Source: Barthelona sp. PCE (lineage: Eukaryota). From it: a stretch of DNA of 64,000 bases. Position numbers and translations under genes: made by a program. How positions within the stretch are numbered: the first letter of the stretch is position 1; each line of letters opens with the position of its first letter. A model generated the notes under the pieces. The model saw only the letters and a list, made by a program, of their open reading frames with translations, was not told the DNA's origin and ran no database searches. Shown one piece after another: positions 29,289-38,700 of this stretch. The DNA lies in NCBI GenBank assembly GCA_040285745.1, contig JAUFOR010000005.1:620001-684000 (forward strand). Reading direction: 5' to 3'.

Positions 29289-32200
29289 ATGTCCCTGTTG
29301 GAGAATATTCAACGGTGGGTCGACGATCACAGGATGTTGGATAAATCCTTTGAGGAGTTGAAACAAGTTTCATTCTCATTTACTTCATTAAAAATACATA
29401 TTAATGAATCAAATAGCTTTAAATTTGATTTGACTTGCAAAGAAACTAATCAATCTGCCACAATTAAATTCGAATATGATTTTAAGCTTATATGCATTGA
29501 TGCTCAATCGACTGCAAAACCACCAACACTCTTAGATGTTTTCTGCTTATATATTGGTTTTAAGTTGATCATTAGTAACCCTAGAATTCATTCGTTAACG
29601 AAATGGATTTACTTTTTGCTGTATAGAAGCGTTTCATTACCAGAAGAAATTAGTTTAAGAGTTTTTGATTCAATTGAAATTGAGAAGCTGCTCAAATCTG
29701 TCAGTCCTTGGAGTGGAGATATTACTATTGTGGTTGAAAATCTTGTATCTCTGTATTCTTCATTTATTTCTAACTATCAAAGGCATTTTATCTCCCTATT
29801 GGCGGCATCTGGCTTTTTTTCTCTTTTTCCATATGAAAGAACTGGGTTTAAAACGTTTTGGAGTGCTGTTAATTCCAAATCGTTGAATTCAGCAGAAACA
29901 ACCAAATTTATAATATGCAGGAATGTTGAAAGTTTGCATACTGTTCTTCTTTATGATAATCTATGTCCAGAACTTGACTTTTCTGATTGTTCAGATCCTG
30001 AAACCGTTAAGATTATTATGGAATCGATTGGAACATCTGAAGTTAATATTCCTTTTGATTTTGGAAACAATCAACATTCTGAAGAGGATAGCATTCTAAC
30101 AAGTGCCTTTAAAAAAAAAAAGATTTGGTCACTTTTATCGAAACATGTGGACATTTATGAAGCATATCCGCCATTTTTTGAGTTAGAACTTCATGAAAAG
30201 CTTAGTTTCCTGGGAGGTTTTGTTTCAGATTCAAAAATTTCAGATCACAATGTTAAAGAAAGTCTTAAAATTGCTAGTGAGGGTTCTGATGAAGCTGTAA
30301 TGAAAGTTATATGGTCAAATACGAGAAGACCCGTTGATCTATTCATAAATGATGATGGATCAGTTGATGTTGATTTGTTTAACTTCATTCCCGTTTTTGA
30401 AACTTTCGATTTTTTTCATCTTTCAGACTCCATTGTTGGTAATATTATTGAAAGATTTATGGAACATCCTGGTTATAATAATTACATCAACATTAATGGA
30501 GTATGGTCGTGTTTAAGATGCAAAGTTGCAGCTCACAGAATTGTACTACATAATCATGAAGTAAGAGACTTTTTTAGGTCTTCCTTTTCAGATGATGACC
30601 GAGCATTACATATGGATCCTTTTTATTCAGAGGACGTGCATCCTGAACAGCAAGAACTTAAAGATATTTATCAACGTAAATATGATCGAATTATTGCTGG
30701 TGAATCTGAAATATCTCAGATAAATAATGTAGCAATTCCTAAAACTAAGTTGTATCGACATGAAAAAGTTAATAAGTTGGATTTTCTTATCTTTTTTGTT
30801 AATCAGTTAATTGATTTTACTTCAAAAGACCCGTTAATGCAGATTGTTTTCAATATTGTATTTCAGGGATATCCACCTTTGGATGATTTTAGCCACTTTC
30901 CAGACGTACGCTTCCAAAATTTTATATTAAATGTTATGAAGCAAATTCATAAAGATAATTTCATTTTTCGGTTTTGTTTTATATTATTCTCTTTCATTCC
31001 ATTTTCACATGTGAAGAACTCCATAAAGATATTCCTTGGTTTAGATAGTGATAGACACATGCTTATTCAAAAAATTCAGAAAGATTATTGGTATTTGTTT
31101 TTCAATACATGGTCAAACATCAGTTCACCATTGATAGATTGTTTGAAATTTAAATCTCCATATATCACTATACTTGCTAGCGAATTTTGGAGTCCATCGT
31201 ACATTCCTCCAGTAACCCAACCAGTTTTGTTTAAAATTTTGTGGTACACAACCTGTAATCCTTCAAATTTATTGCAGCATTGCTGGGATACTGTGTTGCA
31301 AGTGTGTGATCCTGTTTATCTGTTTTATGAAGGTCAAAAATTAAACAAACTTCACCTTGTTCTTTATCTTGAAGCTTCCTCAGCAAAATATGTACAACAG
31401 TTAAGTAGGGAAAGCTGCATAAGAATACTTTCAGATCTATGTTCCTTTAGTACTTATGAGCACGTTAAACGATGGTGGGAATCCATTTCAACTCTTTTTA
31501 ATCCAATTTTGTTCAGGAATGTACATTTTGTTAAGTGCTTTGTCCCTAAAAACTTTGAATCTTTGGATAAACAGCTATGTATTGATATCATTAAATCTGT
31601 TAAGCATAAATATTATGTTGAGATGTCAAAAGATTCAGGTTTGGATATAGTTGAGAGTTTTACCTCAGCTGACACTTTGTATGTCGATATGAGCAACATA
31701 GATCAGGAAACTGGATTGAGTGTTATACGCTCATTTATCAAGGAACGCTTTGGAATGAACTGGGATATTGAACTGTTAGAGAAATTATTCCATTCTTTCC
31801 TTAACAGTAATCATGAAATGGTTGACAGTATCAAATTTGATAAAACGCACATTAGTTATTGGGCTTTTTCATTAATTTTTTTAGAGAATCCAAATACTCA
31901 GTTTTTCAAAAAACAATCTTCTACTTTATTTTCCAATCCTTCAAAACATATTAAAATAACACAATTTAGTGATTTTATTTCCTCTTATTTTGATAATTCA
32001 GATGATTTTACTTCATTATCAGGAATTAAAAATGCTATGCTGAAGTTTGAAGAAGAACATTGTTTTATGCCAATTATTCAGAACCAAATGGGATTGTTTA
32101 ATATGTGCGTGATTAATAATTTGCAGAGTATGAAAATTGTCATAGATAAGCAGAATTTTGCTGAATTTCTCAAATTTTTAGTGAATGAAGTGATGCTTTT

Positions 32201-35200
32201 CGAAGCAGATATCAGCAATTTGTGGAATTCATTCAAACATAACAAGTATTACATGGAAATTATGTGTGAAAATGAAGAAATATTCAACCTTTTTGCTTCA
32301 AATCTTCAACTCCAAGACTGTGCACATTTAGACATCAAACAATGCTCCAAATTACTTGGTTTTGGAGTATCTCTCAACGATTCCGATAGATCTACATTAT
32401 GGCAGCTTTTGCCGTTAAACGTTGACGCGATTATTAAATGTGATGGTGAAAACAAAGAGGATGTATTCAAAAAATTTGTACCCCTGTTAAAGGTCGCTGA
32501 CTGTATGCACCTTGAGAAAGCTGATTGTTTAGATTTGCTTACTATGGGATCAAAAACTTTCAATTTTAATCACAGTATGTTGTGGCACGTTCTTCCTTCG
32601 CCTTTAAAAGCCATTTTAGCAAACGAGCATCTGTGCCGAGAATACCTTCAGTATGTCACTCTCACAGATTGCGCTAATTTTAATGTCGAACAGTGCGCTA
32701 AACTCCTTAAATATGGGGCAGATGAGGGTATTACGAATATGATATGGCAGGTGCTTCCATCAAAATCACGCATTCTTGCAGCAGTTAATAATGATTATTA
32801 TGATGAAGACGAAGCAATATTTGATTCATACTTTAATATGTTTAGTATCTCGGATTGTGTACATTTGGATACTGCTGATTGTGTTAAGCTTCTTAGCTTT
32901 GGAACAAGAGTATCATTCGCCCTAGAGGCTACAAGTGATGTTCAATACAAAGAACAGTTATTAAATATATGGCAAACTATACCATATCCAGCAACCATTT
33001 TTTTAACTTATTATTATCATTTATTTTTGACTTATGTTCCAATCATCAATAGATCACACCTAATGGATCTTTCTGACGAAGATCTAATAACTGTATGTAA
33101 GAACATTTTGAAGTTCTCCGTCGAACATCCGAACAGCATCTCTGTAAGTCTTTGGAATGGTATGAACGATTGTGTTAAGCTTGTTAAGTTCCTCGAATTT
33201 GATTCCTACGTGGCCAACAAGCATCTAATTAGGCCCAACGACTATGATACGCTACATCATAAGTACATTGTTAAAATTCTTGAGTTTCAACTCAATGATG
33301 AAGAAGATAAACGACGAAGGTGGAAGTACATGTCGTACATCCGAAACCCCTTGCAGAGTATTCTGAATGACATAAAGGAGGATGAAGTTGGCCATCCAGT
33401 GAACATAGATAAGTTGCAGTTGTTCATGGATTCTGTAGATTTCTGCTTCCAATCCAACTTTCATAATTTAACGAGTGACGAACAAGAAGTGCTCAGGCTG
33501 TATTTGACCACTATTGAATCAAAAGAACTGTTGAAGGTTTTAAGAAAGCTGAAAGAACTCTCTGTCGATCTCAAGTATCTGATGGATCTTTCTAATGAAA
33601 ATAATGTAAGAACTGTATGTGAGAACATTTTGAAGTTCTCCGTCGAACATCCGAACAGCATCTCTGTGAGTCTTTGGAATGGTATGAACGATTGTGTTAA
33701 GCTTGTTAAGTTCCTCGAATTTGATTCCTACATGGCCAACAAGCATCTAATTAGGCCCAACGACTATGATACGCTACATCATAAGTACATTGTTAAAATT
33801 CTTGAGTTTCAACTCAATGATGAAGAAGATAAACGACGAAGGTGGAAGTACATGTCGTACATCCGAAACCCCTTGCAGAGTATTCTGAATGACATAAAGG
33901 AGGATGAAGTTGGCCATCCAGTGAACATAGATAAGTTGCAGTTGTTCATGGATTCTGTAGATTTCTGCTTCCAATCCAACTTTCATAATTTAACGAGTGA
34001 CGAACAAGAAGTACTCAGCCTGTACTTGGCCACTATCGAATCAAAAGAACTGTTGAAGGTTTTAGAAAAGTTGAAAGAACTTTCTGTCGATCTTAAGTAT
34101 CTGAAAGGAGTTCGTTCAGTGAATGCTGCTAAGATTGTTTCATATGCTGACTGTCATCCTGAATATAAGTTCTATGACGCTATTGACAAACATAGGAAGA
34201 AGTTTTACTCTGATTTTCAAGCTAAGCAGCTGAAAAATGATAAGACTCGTTTTGTTTCTAGTAATAACAGTGCCATAGCTTTTTATGATGTTGGTGATCG
34301 TAAGCAATTTGAAAAGAAAGGTTGCTTCATTTGTTGTTCTGTAATGTACACCATACTATTCTTCCTTTGTTTGTCTATCATTTTCTTCGCAGCTGTTTAT
34401 TTTCCACACAACCGCAAACTACTAGTGTTTGACGGAACCGATGATTTAGTGTTTTCCTTTGATACAACAAGAAACTGGTTCAATTTCAATGTCAATCCTG
34501 ACAAACCGCTACCTATGAATGAGTATCTTTTAATCGTTGGGTCACTACTTTTTGTCACGATTATTCTGGGTTTGTTTTCCAAGCGTGAGAATGCACATGA
34601 TGGTTGGTTTTGCTCATATATCTTTGGTATCATTTTTTCCGTATTGGCAATATTTGGTAATGTTTGTTACAACGGATTCATTGGTTTACCCTCCCTCTTT
34701 GCCGGAATATCATTGCTTTGTTGTATTTGGAGTCCTCAATTATCGTTCTCCTTCTTAATGTTTTCTGTGGTTCCTCTTTTTTGCTGGACAAATTGGTGGG
34801 AAGATCTAGACATCAAAGGTTCTTTCTTTCTGACTACAGTTATTGGTACCATTGTAACAGCTGTTTTCGAAGCATACATTTCTTCTATCGCCATCTTAGT
34901 ACTATTTATTGGGTCGATTTTTACTGCATTTTTTAACTCTTCTGTGAAGTTTTGGGACTTAGTATGCATTATTATAGTATTATTATTAGTAGGTATTGTT
35001 GTATTGGGTATTTTGGTAGTATGTATACATTCCCAAAAGAAGATAATAGATGTATCTAATGGCAAAAACGAAAATTGCCATTTCCAGATAAAGATAACTG
35101 AAGACAACGACAAAGACAAAGGGAAAGAAAAGTATACCCATGTAGGTGTTGAAAAACACAGTGAACTATTCTATCCTGAGAACCACAGCCAGTTTTACAC

Positions 35201-35687
35201 GCTTGTTGATAAAAGTAACAAGCGTATTCGATATATGTTCCCATGGTTCCGTGTTTTTGGTTCTCCAAGCTGGTATAAAACTAAAAGCATGGCGTTTGTC
35301 TCATATAAAGAGTATGTGGACAACAAACAGGAGGATGACACGATGTTTGCTTTCAAGAATGTAGTCAACACATATAATTATGACATCTACGGTCTCCACA
35401 CAATCGCCAATATGCTCAGTGATATCATCAGCAGTGATCCAGATTTTTTCAAACATTTGGAGATCCATCTTGTTGTTATCACTGAAAAAAATGAAAGCTC
35501 ATCGATGATACCACGCTTCAGAGATGCTCTGGAATGTTTCAAACCCAATTTCCAACTCGAAGATTCTCACATGGGTATTCACCCTGTTAATGACGTAAAA
35601 AAATCTGCTTGTGATGTCACAATGCTGCTACACAATAAGACAGTGGGTGTCATCCCATTTATTGTGCGCTTTGTCGAACTAAATTAA
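29289..35687 (+). CDS. 2132-aa hypothetical protein: helical repeats, internal duplication, C-terminal multi-TM region
   Basis: Uninterrupted 6.4-kb AT-rich ORF. About 60-aa repeats (DCxxLxxxxCxxLLxxG...W..LP) and about 8-9 hydrophobic helices at ~34330-35030. No recognisable family. Confidence 0.75.
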   Translation: MSLLENIQRWVDDHRMLDKSFEELKQVSFSFTSLKIHINESNSFKFDLTCKETNQSATIKFEYDFKLICIDAQSTAKPPTLLDVFCLYIGFKLIISNPRIHSLTKWIYFLLYRSVSLPEEISLRVFDSIEIEKLLKSVSPWSGDITIVVENLVSLYSSFISNYQRHFISLLAASGFFSLFPYERTGFKTFWSAVNSKSLNSAETTKFIICRNVESLHTVLLYDNLCPELDFSDCSDPETVKIIMESIGTSEVNIPFDFGNNQHSEEDSILTSAFKKKKIWSLLSKHVDIYEAYPPFFELELHEKLSFLGGFVSDSKISDHNVKESLKIASEGSDEAVMKVIWSNTRRPVDLFINDDGSVDVDLFNFIPVFETFDFFHLSDSIVGNIIERFMEHPGYNNYININGVWSCLRCKVAAHRIVLHNHEVRDFFRSSFSDDDRALHMDPFYSEDVHPEQQELKDIYQRKYDRIIAGESEISQINNVAIPKTKLYRHEKVNKLDFLIFFVNQLIDFTSKDPLMQIVFNIVFQGYPPLDDFSHFPDVRFQNFILNVMKQIHKDNFIFRFCFILFSFIPFSHVKNSIKIFLGLDSDRHMLIQKIQKDYWYLFFNTWSNISSPLIDCLKFKSPYITILASEFWSPSYIPPVTQPVLFKILWYTTCNPSNLLQHCWDTVLQVCDPVYLFYEGQKLNKLHLVLYLEASSAKYVQQLSRESCIRILSDLCSFSTYEHVKRWWESISTLFNPILFRNVHFVKCFVPKNFESLDKQLCIDIIKSVKHKYYVEMSKDSGLDIVESFTSADTLYVDMSNIDQETGLSVIRSFIKERFGMNWDIELLEKLFHSFLNSNHEMVDSIKFDKTHISYWAFSLIFLENPNTQFFKKQSSTLFSNPSKHIKITQFSDFISSYFDNSDDFTSLSGIKNAMLKFEEEHCFMPIIQNQMGLFNMCVINNLQSMKIVIDKQNFAEFLKFLVNEVMLFEADISNLWNSFKHNKYYMEIMCENEEIFNLFASNLQLQDCAHLDIKQCSKLLGFGVSLNDSDRSTLWQLLPLNVDAIIKCDGENKEDVFKKFVPLLKVADCMHLEKADCLDLLTMGSKTFNFNHSMLWHVLPSPLKAILANEHLCREYLQYVTLTDCANFNVEQCAKLLKYGADEGITNMIWQVLPSKSRILAAVNNDYYDEDEAIFDSYFNMFSISDCVHLDTADCVKLLSFGTRVSFALEATSDVQYKEQLLNIWQTIPYPATIFLTYYYHLFLTYVPIINRSHLMDLSDEDLITVCKNILKFSVEHPNSISVSLWNGMNDCVKLVKFLEFDSYVANKHLIRPNDYDTLHHKYIVKILEFQLNDEEDKRRRWKYMSYIRNPLQSILNDIKEDEVGHPVNIDKLQLFMDSVDFCFQSNFHNLTSDEQEVLRLYLTTIESKELLKVLRKLKELSVDLKYLMDLSNENNVRTVCENILKFSVEHPNSISVSLWNGMNDCVKLVKFLEFDSYMANKHLIRPNDYDTLHHKYIVKILEFQLNDEEDKRRRWKYMSYIRNPLQSILNDIKEDEVGHPVNIDKLQLFMDSVDFCFQSNFHNLTSDEQEVLSLYLATIESKELLKVLEKLKELSVDLKYLKGVRSVNAAKIVSYADCHPEYKFYDAIDKHRKKFYSDFQAKQLKNDKTRFVSSNNSAIAFYDVGDRKQFEKKGCFICCSVMYTILFFLCLSIIFFAAVYFPHNRKLLVFDGTDDLVFSFDTTRNWFNFNVNPDKPLPMNEYLLIVGSLLFVTIILGLFSKRENAHDGWFCSYIFGIIFSVLAIFGNVCYNGFIGLPSLFAGISLLCCIWSPQLSFSFLMFSVVPLFCWTNWWEDLDIKGSFFLTTVIGTIVTAVFEAYISSIAILVLFIGSIFTAFFNSSVKFWDLVCIIIVLLLVGIVVLGILVVCIHSQKKIIDVSNGKNENCHFQIKITEDNDKDKGKEKYTHVGVEKHSELFYPENHSQFYTLVDKSNKRIRYMFPWFRVFGSPSWYKTKSMAFVSYKEYVDNKQEDDTMFAFKNVVNTYNYDIYGLHTIANMLSDIISSDPDFFKHLEIHLVVITEKNESSSMIPRFRDALECFKPNFQLEDSHMGIHPVNDVKKSACDVTMLLHNKTVGVIPFIVRFVELN
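33089..34104 (+). repeat. In-frame direct tandem duplication, period 522 bp (copies 33089-33582 and 33611-34104)
   Basis: Near-identical DNA copies with about a dozen substitutions by eye; the protein repeats TVC(K/E)NILKFSVEHPNS...LKELSVDLKYL. Confidence 0.97.
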
Positions 35688-35713
35688 TAAAATCAAATTA
35701 AATCAAATTTATT
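35686..35713. terminator. Putative bidirectional polyadenylation signals between the convergent 2132-aa gene and the NRPS
   Basis: AATAAA at 35686-35691 overlapping the plus-strand stop, and TTTATT (minus-strand AATAAA) at 35708-35713 just downstream of the NRPS stop. The spacer is only 34 bp. Confidence 0.55.
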
Positions 35714-35721
35714 TTGCTAGA

Positions 35722-38700
35722 TTAGTCACTCTTCATTGCTGCGACAGCGCTCGAGAACTGCTCAACGTTCTCTGGCATGAAGAGGCTATTGTGCAGACAG
35801 TCCATACGAACAACCTGCACTGTGTTTTCGTCAATATCGAAACCATTAGTGGGATGTTTGGCAGAGCGCACTGTAACGTAATCACTCTCAAGTACAATAT
35901 CACAGACGACCAGTAAAGTGGGGATATGGTACTGGATGGAGTCTGAGAAACCGGTGGAGCGTTCGTATAAGTGACACTTCATGTCGTTGAAATACATTTC
36001 GTTAGCCAAGTCGTGATACCATTTGTTTTCGATATCTTCAAAGTCCATGACTCCGTGGAGATGCGTGACGGACGCCTGCGAATCCTCCAGCGAAGGTACG
36101 TGGTCGAACTCGACAAGAGGGTGCACAGGATCGAAAAGAACGACAAACTCCAATGTTGAGGAGTTAACGTACTGTTTCGTGATTAGTTCGTGTACGGATA
36201 GGGCACCGTACGAGTAACCACCGATTGCGAAACGGCAGTTAGGGTTTGCTTGATATAGGGCGTTAAATACACCCGCCAGGAATTGCAGGTTGTCATCCAT
36301 CGTTTCAGGTTCGTTGGAGCCAAAGTTCGGGTTGCTAACAGCAATAACATTGAAAGGGGTACGCTCAAACAGCTGTAGATACTCAACAGCGGTACCGTTG
36401 CCCGAGTAGAACAAAACCATGTTGACACGGGTGTCTGAGATCAAAGAGTCGGAACTGGATGCATGTGAAGCAACCATGAACCCGGCCTGGTCATCGGATG
36501 TAAGCTTCAGATTGCTGGCTAGATATGACAGCACTGGTTTGTCCATGACTTCCTTGAATGAAAGAGTGATACCATGTTTTTTCAGCTCTGACACCAGTTT
36601 GATGATGAGCAGAGAGTGACCACCCAATGAGTAGAAGTCGCTGTCGTGGGATATAGCACTCAGGGGAATCGCAAGGAGTTCCGAGAAGCACTGGGCGACA
36701 ATGACTTCCTCAGTAGTGTGGATAACATTGCCTTCCAGATCGTTTTTGCTGACCTGGCGGGACAAAGACTCCGATTTCCTGTCTAATTTACCGTTGTGGG
36801 TGGTGGGAAGCTTTAGAACAGGCGTGAACGAACTCGGGATCATATACTTTGGAAGCTTTTGATCAAGGGTACGTTGAAGTGTAAGAATCTGTGTCGATGA
36901 AAGCTCATCAATCTCGATAAAGGCTGCGAGAACATCGTGCTCGTATATGACGATGGCGTTCGTTGAAAGACATTCTGTAATGATAGCCTCAATCTCGAGG
37001 AGCTCCACACGATATCCACGAATCTTGACCTGGTTGTCCAGACGTCCCACAAACAGAATGTTGCCGTCGGGTAGTCTCTCGACTGCATCACCAGTTCGGT
37101 AGAAGCGGTGTCCATTGATATTTATGAAGCGTTCTGCCGTTAGCTCAGGCTGACCTGCATAGCCAAGGGCAACACCAAGTCCGCCAATCAACAGCTCACC
37201 GGTGACGCCAACTGGCACAGGGCGCAAGTTGGGGTCAACAACTACACAGTGCATGTTGTTGAGAGGCTTACCAATCGGAAGCACATCAGTTGCAACGGAC
37301 ATGTCGTTGGTAAACGCGGTTGTGTCGACAGCTGCCTCGGTGACACCGTATGTGTTGTACAGTGTACCGTCAATAGCGCTGTCAAAAATCCTGAAGTCGC
37401 TCATTGACCAGCTGTCTGATCCACAAGCGATATTGCGAATTGAGAGCCTATCCTTGAGGCTCATCTCATCCACGAGACTGCGCAGGACGACGGGCACGAA
37501 TTCAGCGAATGTGAATTTGCTTGACATAATGATCTGAAGCAGACGTTGGGGGTGGAGCAATATGGAGCGGTCAACGAGATGAGCGTGCGTTCCAAAGAAG
37601 AGGAAGCGAATCATGTCACCAACGAATACATCAAAGCTGGGACTTGCCATTTGCAGTAGGCGCTCTTCGGTGCCAAAATCGAAGAGATCCTTCCAGGCAG
37701 CGGCAACATTAAGAACACTGCCGAAACCGATGCATACGCCCTTGGGCTTACCACTAGATCCGCTGGTGAAGACTGTATATGCTGGCTGACTTAATTGGGC
37801 ATCAGTCGCACTGATGTCGATTGCAGCATGTTCGTTGATGTCACCAATAGTAACAACAGGAACACTGAATTCTGTGCGAGCATCAGTAAGATCAACAACC
37901 ATTGTACACTGCCCGGTTGTAACCATGTGCTCAACACGGTCGCTGGGGAGTGACGCGTCAATGGGAACGAACGAGCGTGCACTAAGCCAACAAGCCAAAA
38001 CAACTGCGGGTGCATACACACTCTTGTGCATGAAAATACCAATCACGGTGTTTGTACTTTGGCTAAGTAGACTGAGAAGACGCTTGGTGAACAGCAAGAA
38101 GTCGCCCACAGTGATTGATGACATTGTGAGAACATCGTTTCTCATCTCAGAGACTGTAACGAGTGTTTCATTCTGAGAAAGTGAAACAAAGCGGTCAAGG
38201 ATTGCCTGCATTGCCTCTGAAACGGTTGGACCCGTCCAAATAGTATGCGGAATATCGATTTGACGCTTAATGAGATCACCACTTGTTGACTCAAGCAACA
38301 TGCGCTGAGCCACAATTGCAACCTCGCTCATGATATTGTTAAGCATGGCGCGCGACTGAGGGTCATCGTTGACACTGAAACGCAGCATAAACTGATTAGA
38401 CGTGCCGGCGCTGATTGCAAGAGGATACTCTGTGAGATCCATTGCAGCTAGCTGATCAATGTGGGTGTCGTCCTCGGAACTGTCCTCGGGCGTACCAGAG
38501 ATGATGCCGATACTATCAAACGCAATCATTGTTGTGAAAAGTTCACGGCGTCCGGCCAACAGCGATGACAACGAGAAGTTCGAGTGCTGTGCAGCGCCCA
38601 GAACCTCTGTGTTGAGGTTGATGAGCAGCTGGTCTATGGGAAGGTTCAACCACGAGTCGGGCATAAATATTGGCAGCGTGTTAAACAGAGGACCGACGAC

